Source: Mytilus edulis (taxonomy: Eukaryota). Taken from it: 64,000 nucleotides of DNA. The stretch is taken from NCBI RefSeq assembly GCF_963676685.1, contig NC_092353.1, positions 59,644,001 through 59,708,000 of the forward strand, in the 5' to 3' direction. A program made the position numbers and the translations under genes. This document shows positions 38,980 through 51,255 of the stretch, in pieces; within the stretch, counting starts at the first letter, position 1, and every line of letters begins with the position of its first letter. The notes under the pieces are model-generated. The model ran no database searches. It saw only the letters and a program-made list of their open reading frames with translations, and was not told the DNA's origin.

Positions 38980-39250
38980 TTACTTTGAGACCGTCATGTT
39001 GTATATGTAAAGTCTTCCAGAGAATCTTTTTAGAAACAGGACAAAACGTTCTTTAACACAACCTTCGCTCGTCAACTTTTTAATAAGACACTGGTGACGT
39101 GTTATAAAGTCTGAGTTGCAGCTGCAAACTCGTGAATACTGAATTAGTTTAAAAATACATATCCCATATGCAATTGAAGTTGATATATTGCTGATATGGT
39201 TGGGAAAATAGATAATTTCAAAATCAAAACAAAATCGTCTCACTTGTTAA
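38980..39250 (-). mobile_element. Penelope-like RT C-terminal fragment, family 3
   Basis: FDFEIIYFPNHISNISTSIAYGICIFKLIQYSRVC resembles FSFPIVNYPFLDGDVPLSPSYGVYISQLVRFARVC of family 1. Confidence 0.75.
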
Positions 39251-39578
39251 AAATTCAGATGAGTTGGTGGCGGTTTTTTCTTTCTTATTTTTAACGGTAA
39301 TTTGAGTAAGTCTTTGGCTTTTTGTCAGAAACAAATTTATTGTTTTAAAATTAAAATCTTAAAAAGTAGACCAGCACTTCAGAGTCTGAATTTCACACTT
39401 TAGTTAATTTACCTTCATTATAGAATTCATAATTAAAGCTTTAACTTATTTAAACATTTGAGAATGAAGATGGTCATGATGAAAAAACTACATACTTACC
39501 TGAGTTCATTCTGTGATATTCATTCCTTACATTTGTCATGTACAATTCATATTAATGCTCTTACTTTGATTTTAATAT

Positions 39579-39699
39579 AGGGTTATTGCATGAATATTGG
39601 GGAATATTGTCCCGAGTAGAATATTATATTGCACGAGCTTGCGAGTGCAATATATGTTCTACGAGGGACAGTATTTTTCAATATTCATGCAATAACCCT
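39579..39699. repeat. ~120-bp imperfect palindrome
   Basis: AGGGTTATTGCATGAATATTG...GCAC gagcttgcga GTGC...CAATATTCATGCAATAACCCT. Confidence 0.9.
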
Positions 39700-41166
39700 T
39701 TTATTGTATAGCAATATAATATTTGAAGGTAAAAATGGTTTAAACTAAGATTTGTCGTTGATGATGTCATGAATTTTGAAGATTTATTGCACTAGTGCAA
39801 TATTAGAATTTATTGGTTGCGTTCTGTGGGAAATATTATATTGCAATGCAATAAATGACATTACTATAGATGTAACAAATAACCGAACAATATTAACACG
39901 TCAATAAACTATCAACAGTTATTATGTACAATTTGATAAGCTCACTAAATCGTACCGATGATATCACATTTTCGTAGACTCAAAAAACGAGTGTCAAAAT
40001 CTGTCAACGCCAAATTTCGGAAAACAGGCAAATTTGACATAATGAAACTATTGATGAAGTTTTAACTAGAAACAATCTCATCCACATGTGACAAAGAGTT
40101 TGGCTTTTAAATAAAATTTCGGAGATCTTCATCCCGTTTTATAATAATAAGTGAACATGATGTACGTTAACCAAAACACAATATAACTGTTCATTAATTT
40201 TTAACTAAAAGTTATCGTGTTTCCTTCTGATTGGTAAGAAACAGTTATATTGATAATTCCATTCATGTAGATAAGATATATTTGTAATGAAACATGAAAC
40301 TTAACTGCAATAAAATTAGATTATGTCCCTTTAACAGTCTACAAATATCAAGACATAATATAAAAATCCGAACCGACTTATCAAAGGTACCAGCTTAAAT
40401 ATGCCAAATTCTTCAGTATTTAATGTAAGCTTTTGCAATGACGTCAATACGCGTTTCAAAAATCAGGGTTTTTTTTTTTGTTATTTTGTTAAAAAATCGA
40501 AAAGAATTTCAATATGTTGATAATAGACTAACATGACTAAAGGACACGCTTCCGTTCTACTAGAATTTGTAAACTAGGCTACATTATACCTTAATCAGTG
40601 ATTCGTGTATGTAGCAGTATTTACCAATCGATAATTTTTGCAATATACATATGCACAATACAAGAATTGGGATTTTTTTTTACTGTAACTTATGTCACAT
40701 TTGTAAATCAAGGATATGAATTATGGTCGTCATTAGGAAGATGATTGTGCAACACCTATTGATATGTTCAAACTGTAAATATACTGGAGCAGACAGAAAC
40801 TATTTGTATAAAAACGGACTATCTTATACGGTTTGCATTTGGTCGTCCATGTTTTGAATTTGAACGTACCTAATGTAGGCGGATAGTGAAAAATATGTTG
40901 TGTGCGTTGGACTTCTTCGTACACGTTATTTTAAAAAGTTCTAGCCTTGAACTTAGATTTATCTTTTTAAATTGCATTTCGTCTTTGTTGTTTTCACTTT
41001 CATCATAATATTATTATAACCAATTCAAGATAACAGATTTGTTCATATTTATAAAAGAGTTTATTTTGTGAATAATAAAACAGTAGTGTCGGCGCCATAT
41101 CTATTTCTCCTCTCAATCTATATGGAGACATGTGCCATTTCTCATCGAACTCTTTATTTATTATTT

Positions 41167-41410
41167 GGATTACTATAAAGAGTTAGAATCCTTATAGTTA
41201 AGCGGTTAGGTCAGGCTATGTCAGAGTTATTGCCGTTAAATGAAATAACGTTTGCTATAGAAATCGATTTTCTGACACTCAAAAGACCGATTGGTTTTTG
41301 TTGTCTAGCAGCATAGAGGAATCTTTAGATCGAGATACAATTAGATCCAGTGTCGTACTAAATTAGGTTATAAAACAATGGTAGTGAGTCACAATTACTG
41401 TTTTTAGCTT
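41167..41410 (+). other. Conserved non-coding element, copy 3
   Basis: Aligns to copies 1 and 2. Confidence 0.7.
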
Positions 41411-42061
41411 TTGGTAAATTCTACCCTGTTAATGTATGTTATCAAATTTGTTTATTTTTTGTCATAAATTTTGTTACAATTTTGTAGAATGTCGCATATG
41501 TAAGAATCTCGTTATTTCTTCTTACATGATGGTTTCTTTGGTGATTTCCTATTCTGTTTTAAAGACAAACAGATATTTCTTCTAATGTCCCAACTAGGGG
41601 CATTGTATGTTTGTCTGTGCGTCTTTCTTTCATCAATCCGTTCGTCTGTTCGTCCGTCCGTCTGGTCCGCTTCAGGTTGAACTTTTTTGTTAAAGTTTTT
41701 GGTCATGGTAGCTTTTGAAGTTCGAAATGATATGATTTTTTCTTTTTAATACTAAAATTAAAGTTTTGACCATGTTGTCATCTTATAATTCTTTCTTGGT
41801 TGGTAAAACTTATTCGTGTATTTTTTCAATGAATAATGAAGTAGGTGTGTTCGTATGGAAACAAGGTTCAATCCACAGTCGCGTCAGACGAAATTCTTTT
41901 TAACATGTTTCGGCTACTTTTACACATAGCAAGCAGAATTAAGAGTACTTAGTATGTAGCAGCAGAAATTATTATAACATTTTTTGTTGACTCTCATTTA
42001 GGGGACTTACAAATCATGTGTGGATAGAGCAAACGTTATAAACCCTTTTTTACATAACATA

Positions 42062-42496
42062 TAAAAAAAGAAGATGTGGTATGATTGCCAATGAGACAAC
42101 TTTCCACAAAAGACCAAAATGACACAGGCATTAACAACTATAGCTCACCGTAAGGCCTTCAACAATTAGCAAAGCCCATACCGCATAGTCAGCTATAAAA
42201 GGCCCCGATAAGACAATGTAAAACAATTCAAACGAGAAAACTAACGGCCTTATTTGTGTACAAAATGAACGAAAAACAAATATGTGACACATAAACAAAC
42301 GACAACCACTGAATTACAGGCTCCTGACTTGGGACAGGCACTTACGTAAATAATGTGGCGCGGTTAAAATTGTTAGCGGGATCCCAGTCCTCCCCCTAAC
42401 TTGAGACAGTTGTATAACAGTACAACATAAGAACTAACTATAAAAATCAGTTGAAAAAGGCTTTACTCATCAGATGGACAAGAATACAAGTGGACA
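42062..42496. mobile_element. Abundant interspersed repeat (AAGAAGATGTGGTATGATTGCCAATGAGACAACT terminus)
   Basis: Fragments also near 355, 13300, 19535, 29500-29592, 32925-33270 and 61865. Confidence 0.7.
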
Positions 42497-43545
42497 TAAA
42501 ATTAAAAATGGAAATGGGGAATGTGTCAAAGAGACAACAACCCGACCAAATAAAACACAACAGCAGAGGGTCACCAACAGGTCTTCAATGTAGCGAGAAA
42601 TTCCCGCAACGGGAGGCGTCCTTCAGCTGGCCCCTAAACAAATATATACTAGTCCAGTGATAATGAATGCCATACTAATTTCCAAATTGTACACAAGAAA
42701 CTAAAATTAAAATAATACAAGACTAACAAAGGCCAGAGGCTCCTGACTTGGGACAGGCGCAAAAATGCGGCGGGGTTAAACATGTTTGTGAGATCTCAAC
42801 CCTCCCCTATACCTCTAACCAATGTAGTAAAGTAAACGCATAACAATACGCACATTAAAATTCAGTTCAAGAGAAATCCGAGTCTGATGTCAGAAGATGT
42901 AACCAAAGAAAATAAACAAAATGACAATAATACATAAATAACAACAGACTACTAGCAGTTAACTGACATGCCAGCTCCAGACTTCAATTAAACTGACTGA
43001 AAGATTATGATTTCATCATATGAACATCAGGCACAATCCTTCCCGTTAGGGGTTTAGTATCATACCATCATAACATATATGAGAAGAACATAACCCGTGT
43101 CATGCCAACAACTGTTTTGAGAATAAATGTGTTTAGTTCCGATGCAAAGACCTTATCAGTGACTCAATATTAACGCCAAAATATGCAATCTTTAATGACT
43201 TGACAACAGTATCGTAATTATATCCCTTCTTAATAAGTCTATTCAAAGGTTTTGTAAGTTTCGGAGGTGAATACTGACACCTTTGTGCTTTATAAAGAAT
43301 ATTACCATAAAAAATTGGATGTGAAATACCTGAACGTATTAGAAGTCTGCATGTTGAGCTATATTTACGAATGATGTTTTTATACCGATGATAAAATTTA
43401 GTAAATGTTTTAACTAGTTTGTGATATCGAAAACCCTGGTGTAATAATTTTTCAGTAATACATAAATTTCTCTCGTTAAAATCTAAAACATTGTTACATA
43501 CACGAGCGAATCGTACAAGTTGAGATATATAAACACCGTAAGATG
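42497..43545 (-). mobile_element. 5'-truncated copy of Naiad family 1 (RT C-terminus, SECIS, pLTR)
   Basis: Close reverse-complement match to ~47558-48605. Confidence 0.92.
43016..43082 (-). promoter_or_regulatory. Type II SECIS element (best-preserved copy)
   Basis: rc: TCATAT-atgtt-ATGAT-GGTATGATACT-AAA-CCC ctaac GGG-a-AGGATTGTGCC-TGAT-gttc-ATATGA. Confidence 0.8.
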
Positions 43546-45959
43546 ACGCTTATACCCCAATACACAGTTAACCACACCAACATTATGTATAGCATATATA
43601 GATTTTTCAGAATTTTGGTAAACATGTTTGTATCCAAGTTACAAATAAATGCGTTTTCAAAGGTCAGGAACTTAAAACTAATAGGCAGGAAATACATTTA
43701 GCTGATGATAAGTTGTTATTTTTCAGAACATGCACGTTTTACTTCTCCTTCACATATCACTTGGTCAATTCTTCGTTTAATTCATTGAATTTTTTCAACG
43801 TTATATATACATGTAATTAGTGACTTACATGTCACTCCCATTCTGAGTGATGATATCTAAATCATCTTCAATAAATCTAATGCGTTACACCAAATACTGA
43901 CAATGAAGCATTAACTTGTCACTTAACTGCATGACTCTATCGAAAAAAAAAGATTATACACGGGATTCAATTGGTGTTATGGATTTAAATCATAATTTAT
44001 TAAAATCCAACACTATGTGGTATGAAATTCATAGTTGCGTTATATTACACATTTTTAATTACAATACTGTTAAATAAATGATGATACTATTTGTATTATA
44101 CTGAAGTATTTTTATTCGGGTCATCAAGGTACAGCTTGATATTGAAATGTATATACATTAGGGTTTTTTTACGTATTGTTGCTGTAAACACACATTTTGG
44201 AAAATGTTCTATTTACTAAAATTTTCACAAATAAAGCATGTTGTTAAATTTTTGATTTGACGTGGAAAAAGAATGTTGGTGTGGTTAACTGTGTATTGGG
44301 GTATAAGCGTCAAATCATTTATTATTTATTATTTATTTTATTTTTTGCATATTGATAAATCGTTATTTCTAGTCATCTATCACAAAAACAAATGTTCAAT
44401 ATGTATTTCATTCTTAATAAAAACTAATAATAAATGTCTTAATTATATCCCTAATGCTAAAACGCTCTCAGCTGTGTCAGACATTCACAAATATACAGCA
44501 AAAAACTGTGCAAAAGTACGACCATTCACCTGAATAACATTATGACCAGGGTATAAATAAAGGCAACAGTAGTACAATTCTAGTATACTGCTTATCAACC
44601 TTTTGTTTCACTATTTATTATGGCCTCCTTTTTCCAATGTTTTTAAATAAGTCTGTAAGTACTCATTAAGTGGTGTCGAGAAATTATGCGCTAATGATTT
44701 CGTCTCCAAAAAGAATTGAATCGTTAATCGGGTCAGACAAAATGTTTTTCAACTTATTTCGGCTACTTTTTCAAACAGAAGACTAGCTACATGTACGTGT
44801 TGTGTACAAGTCATCATTTTGTACAAATTATAATCTGTACGAAAAAATTGTACAATTTATAATTTGTACAAAAAGTACCTGTACAAATTACATTTTGTAC
44901 AATATTTGACGAAAAACCACTTATAACTTGTACAATAATTCATAATATGGATTTTGATGAAAAAACATTGATACACACCATTGGTATCAAATGACCATAC
45001 AGTATATCTTACTTACAAAATATAAAATTGTTCTTTACGATTCGTTTGGCCAGGTGATTGAATTCTGGCATCAGAAATTGCATCATTTGACAATCACATT
45101 AATCTCTTCTTAAACACTTTGCAACAGCTAACTTCTTTTGGGTCAATTATTTTAATAAGTTGCTAAAGCTCTATATCCTAGAACTTATTATGTACACTTT
45201 TTTACATGTTCAGTCATTTACTCAATTGATGTAATAATGTAAACATGGATGGCATTGTTGATCACAAGGAGAAATTTGTGCAAAACATTCTAAACCTAAC
45301 AGGGAATGATAGACAAAAGAAGAAGTGTGTGTTCCCCAAGAACAAGCATAATGGGCTCATAGTTAAATTGGGAACGATACTGATATTGAAACCTCGATCA
45401 TTCTTGCAAGGAAGTGTACACTGTGTGGACAATAAACCCAAGACTAATATCTTACCAAGATAACAACCAGTAAATATCATAATTTGTTGTTTGGGGTTAA
45501 TGTCATTACACACATTCCTCAGCATGATCATGTCCAAACCTGTCCTCGATATATTTAAGGCGTAATTGTTGAATCTGAAGATTTTGATTACCAAATCAGA
45601 AAAACTGTATAAATTTGAACAGGAAATTTATGTCTCATAGTGAAATTCATGCTATGAAAGACACATTTTATTCACAGTAAAGTTCTCGGGCTTTAACTTT
45701 CACTATTGATCGCAGTTAACCAGCCTATAAAGAATAGGTTGTCAGGGGTTTCTTTCATGTAAATGTATAGGCGGGTACTTTTAATTGTAAAAATGTGAAA
45801 GTCAAAAGATACTGTGCTGCATTCCCGATGCCATCTCAAACGAAAGATACAGAATTAATTTAGTATTTGATAAATATGGTCAATTGTGTGGTCATTAATT
45901 AGCAATTCTGTTGTGTATATCAATGCTTTTTTCACCAAAATATATATTATACCATTATA

Positions 45960-48605
45960 TTTACCATTCTGTTAAAGAACAAATTCCTGGATATTTTGAC
46001 AATACTGAGCTACCTCTTATTTGTTATATTTACAAGAAATCTACCCGGAAATTTGTGTTTAATTATAGTCAATTGTGTAAAGATGTTAATATCAGTGAAA
46101 ATACACCTACTTCATGTAAATGCAGTTATTCCGAATATATTTATGGACCCATTTCCCATGTTATAACAGGAGATCTTAACATCGTTAAAGACCGAGAGTT
46201 AAAATCGTTCCTCAGTAAAGGACCTAAATATCGTCCCCCGTCTATTATTAATTGGAATGAATGTCGTAATATCATCCACGACTCACTCCATACTTACTGT
46301 ATGAAATGGATAAAACGGGAAAAAGCCGACAAAAAATCTTTGGACTCTTTTTTTAATTCAGTAATGAAGATAGTTGATATACGTATTCAACATTTTAAAG
46401 AACATTTTACTATTAACAATAACCACAATAAACCTATTTCTCGTATCAAACATAAACTAAAAGAACTAGCCAAGGAATTTGTTTTTGTTCCGGCCGATAA
46501 AGCTGCTAATAATATTATTATTTTTTGACGTAAATTTTACATTGAGGTTCTGAAAAAGGAAATCACCAATTCACCAACATTCCAACTGACTCCATTTTCA
46601 GAAAACGAAATCTGTAACAAACATAAACTTTTAGCCACCGCTTTACAAGCAGAGCCAAATACAATGAAAGTCCCAACTATGTATTGGCTTCCGAAGCTAC
46701 ACAAAACCCCTTACAAATATAGATTTATTTCGTCTTCAAGCCATTGTTCAACTACTAAATTGTCTATTCTTCTTACCAGCACACTTGGTACAATTAAAAA
46801 CCTGATAATAAATTGTTCAAATAAGGTCTTCGAAAATAGTGGAATAAATTACTTTTGGAGTGTCAAGAACTCGTTGGAAGTACTTGATAAAGTGCATGCT
46901 TATATTGGTGATTTTGAATCTGTTCAAAGTTTTGATTTTTCTACCCTGTATACCACATTGCCTCACATTCTCATTAAGAAAAAATTCACACACCTAATTA
47001 AATGGATTTCAAAAAATCAGAATGTGAATATATATGTTCAAACTCTTTTAGGTCATTTTTTAGTAGCAATAAGCAAAAAAACTATGTTAATTGGACATGC
47101 TTTGATACTATATATGCCCTTGAATTTTTACTAGATAACATTTTTGTTCGCTTTGGGGATTCCGTATATCGTCAGATTATCGGAATTCCAATGGGGACTA
47201 ACTGTGCACCACTTATTGCGGACCTGTTTTTGTATTGTTATGAGTTACAATTTATAACAAAAATAAGCAAAGACCCATCGAAACAACATCTGATAAACAA
47301 ATTTAATAATACTTTTAGATATTTGGATGATATTTTGGCTCTCAATAATGACGACTTCAGTATGTATATTAATGAAATTTTTCCTGTTGAACTTACTTTA
47401 AATAAAGCTAATACTAACAATGATCACTGCCCTTTTCTCGATCTTGATATCTATATCACTAATGGAAAGCTGAATACTAAAATTTATGATAAAAGGGATG
47501 ATTTTTCATTTCCTATCGTTAATTATCCATTTTTAGATGGTGACGTTCCCTTGTCACCATCTTACGGTGTTTATATATCTCAACTTGTACGATTCGCTCG
47601 TGTATGTAACAATGTTTTAGATTTAAACGAGAGAAATTTATGTATTACTAAAAAATTATTACACCAGGGTTTTCGATATCACAAACTAGTCAAAACATTT
47701 ACTAAATTTTATCATCGGTATAAAGACATCATTCGTAAATATAGCTCAACATGCAGACTTCTAATACGTTCAGGTATTTCACATCCATTTTTTTATGGAA
47801 ATATTCTTTATAAAGCACAAAGGTGTCAGTATTCACCTCAGAAACTTACAAAACCTTTGAATTGGCTTATTAAGAAGGGATATAATTACGATACTGTTGT
47901 CAAATCATTAAAGATTGCATATTTTGGCGTTAATATTGAGTCACTGATAAGGTCTTTGCATCGGAACTAAACACATTTATTCTCAAAACAGTTGTTGGCA
48001 TGACACGGGTTATGTTCTTCTCATATATGTTATGATGGTATGATACTAAACCCCTAACGGCAAGGATTTTGTCTGATGTTCATATGATGAAATAATAATC
48101 TCTCAGTCAGTTTAATTGAAGTCTGGAGCTGGCATGTCAGTTAACTGCTAGTAGTCTGTTGTTATTCATGTATTATTGTCATTTTGTTTATTTTCTTTGG
48201 TTACATCTTCTGACATCAGACTCGGACTTCTCTTGAACTGAATTTTAATGTGCGTATTGTTATGCGTTTACTTTTCTACATTGGTTAGAGGTATAGGGGG
48301 AGGGTTGAGATCTCACAAACATGTTTAACCCCGCCGCATTTTTGCGCCTGTCCCAAGTCTGGAGCCTCTGGCCTTTGTTAGTCTTGTATTATTTTAATTT
48401 TAGTTTCTTGTGTACAATTTGGAAATTAGTATGGCGTTCATTATCACTGGACTAGTATATATTTGTTTAAGAGCCAGCTGAAGGACGCCTCCGGGTGCGG
48501 GAATTTCTTGCTACATTGAAGACCTGTTTGTGACCCTCTGCTGTTGTTTTTTATTTGGTCGGGTTGTTGTTTCTTTGACACATTCCCCATTTCCATTTTC
48601 AATTT
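45960..48605 (+). mobile_element. Naiad-type Penelope-like retroelement, family 1, 5'-truncated (CxC linker, RT, 3' UTR/pLTR)
   Basis: SCKCS CxC; KGPKYR; DKAANN; YWLPKLHK; FDFSTLYT; GIPMGTNCAP; YLDD; ORF ends at 47970 with no C-terminal GIY-YIG; in-frame TGA at 46526-46528; one frameshift near 47005. Confidence 0.9.
48021..48087 (+). promoter_or_regulatory. Type II SECIS element ~50 nt downstream of the RT stop codon
   Basis: ATGA 48032-48035, 11-bp helix II, AAA 48048-48050, TGAT 48074-48077, helix I TCATAT/ATATGA. Confidence 0.75.
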
Positions 48606-50063
48606 TATATAAAATATTGTAAAAGTTATAAGTGAATTTTCATCAAATTTTGTACAAATTGTAATTTGTACAGGCACTATTTGTACAAATTACAATTTGT
48701 ACAAAATGATAACTTGTACACAACATATGCATATTTTTATATAAAAATGTAACAAAGAATATTTTTTCATTGAATGAACTAATGGGTTTTCTTGCTGACT
48801 TGTATGTAGAATCCCCGGATGTGTAACTCGAAGTTTACACCACCAACAATTCGGATGGTCAAAGTGGTAGCAAAAACATGGTCTCTCATTAGAATAAATC
48901 ATTGTGTTCTTATCTTTAGTAGGACTTAATGCATGTATAACTTGCTGCTAGACATATGCATCGCTCAATCAATATATTTGTGTAATAAGTTATGTTATGT
49001 GTCGAAAAAGGGAAATAAATTTTGAATTCAGCATCATCTTTTCTGTGTAATGATTAAATGCTTCAGATATCATGCAATTCACGCATCATTATTTTCGGGA
49101 GAATAAAGTCGATGAAATTTTAAATACCTTCAATTAATCTGATGTTTTGTTCAATTTTCACCTATTACTGACAATGAAGCAGTAACTTTTTTATGTCACT
49201 AAACTGCGTGATACTATCGAAAAAAGAGAATATAAACAGGTTTGAATTAATTTGATGGTTTTAAATCATGTCTTATCACCGTACCACATTATCAAGTATG
49301 ACATTCATAATTGTGTAATATTATATTCTTGAATTACAATATTTAAGAAAGTTATGAATACTATTTTTTGTAATATACTGAGGTATATGGTTGTTGGGAT
49401 CATCGAAGTTCACCCTTATAATTTATGTTTCAATATTGCGATAGTTTATACAATCTGTTTGTAACATATTGTTGAAAATGTCGCAGTAAACAAATACTTT
49501 TGCAAAACAACTTTTTGAACGATATTCTATTTTTTTGTAAAATCAAATTTTTAGTTACTTTTGTTCTTTGATTTCAAATACATAATAGTATCATCATTCC
49601 TAATAAAGATAGATCACAAATGATTTACCTCAAACTCAAATGCATAACCCCAAAAACAAAAGATAGAATACATTATTCTTCACTTGCTCTCCTCTTGTGA
49701 TGTTCCAACTCATATGCTTTGTGGTGAATTGAGTTAAGCTGATTTAAATGAAACTTAGAAAAATGAAACCAATTAGAAAGTGAGAAAAGCCTGTAAATTT
49801 TGATGTTAAAAGATAAAATTGAAGGTCACTATTGCTGAGAGTAAAATGTGTTTAATGCTTTACAGATGGGTTCTTCAGTTTCTCTTGAAATTAATGTTAT
49901 AGAAAGGAAAATATATGGGAAAAGTCGCCAATCAATTCTATGGTTAGCTTCCAAGGCCATAATGACTTTGAATATTAATATTTGAAAAACATTTAGTTTC
50001 TTGGACATTATCTATTGACAGAAATTAACTCATCATAGATACCAGGATTGAAATTTTATATTT

Positions 50064-50107
50064 ACGTCAGACGCGAGTTTCGTCCACAAAAGACTCATCA
50101 GTGACAC
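50064..50107 (-). ncRNA. Minimal type I hammerhead ribozyme (family A variant)
   Basis: rc: GTGTCA-CTGATGA-GTCTtttgtGGAC-GAAA-CTCGCG-TC-TGACGT; helix substitutions retain pairing. Confidence 0.85.
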
Positions 50108-51255
50108 TCGAATCAAAATGTCATAAATAAACTCAGTATAGAGACCAATAATAAAAGAAGTTATTTTCTGTATCTAGAGAATTCGCCGTTTCAAAATCTA
50201 CGGTATTATTAATGGTAATAATTCCAAAATAGAACAATAAAAACGTTTAAAACGTGGTAACCTAAATAAATTAACCAATGACGTAACGTCATTTCTAATT
50301 TGTTGTATAAACAATGCAAATATATTTTTTTTTAAACCGTCAAAACTACTATTAACATATACTCCTCTGAGCCTCCAGTTTATACCATTATACTGTATGC
50401 TTCTCTGTAAACTAGTTTTTAGTTTTTAGAGAATAAAATATCTATCTATATATCTATTATACATAAACATTTTTTTGGTCAATACAGCTGGTACATTATC
50501 CCGAGGCCTGAATACACAAACAATCAATCTAATTCATTTTAAAAATTAAGTTAAATTAAATTTATATGTATTGTAATCCAACTCATACAAAAACTAAAAC
50601 AAAAGCATACGAGTTATTATGTTAACAACATCAATATCTATTGAAGCAGAACATATTTGCATATGAAAAGATTAAACTTTTGATATATGATGTAACAGAT
50701 ATGAACAAATTCAGAACGCAGTATCCAAAAAAAAAACAGTGAGTATTTATTTTTATTCTTTGTATGATTTCTTTTTTCCAGATAAGGTTAACGTTCGTAG
50801 TGAAAATGTTGACAATTATAGTGAGAGATAGGAAGGAACAAAGAAATATGTCCATTAATATATTTTGCTTGATTAATAGTTACATAAACAGTTGTTGTAA
50901 CCATGCTGGTGCTAGTTCATCAGTATAAGGTGTAAGCCGTACCAGAAAGTCACCAGCACATGCACATGCTAGACAACATCCCAACGCGAAAGATGTAAGT
51001 ATTCTGAATTCCAAAAATTTACATGCATGGGTTCGTTAAAATTTATTAACATCTCAAGAGTTTACTAAGATAGATAGCATCTAATCATCCATCTATATAA
51101 CCTACGAGAAATGCTTGACGTGTATGACCTGATAAAAAAATATAAACATAAATGCACGGAAAAACAAGTGCAATTGTATAATGGTGATTTTTCAAGGTCA
51201 ATTTGTTTAACATTTACTTGTTTGCATGAATATCCTTTTTTTTATATATTTTTAG

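Larger units (their letters stand above)
44798..48725. mobile_element. Foldback-type DNA element with ~120-140-bp TGTACA-rich TIRs, carrying the nested Naiad
   Basis: TIR ends TGTTGTGTACAAG; flanks TACG/TATG; empty paralogous site CTACATGTATGCAT at ~24060. Confidence 0.82.

Noticed and set aside
47971-48605. Hammerhead in the Naiad pLTR
   Set aside because: No CUGANGA...GAAA core with pairing helices found, consistent with Naiads lacking canonical hammerheads
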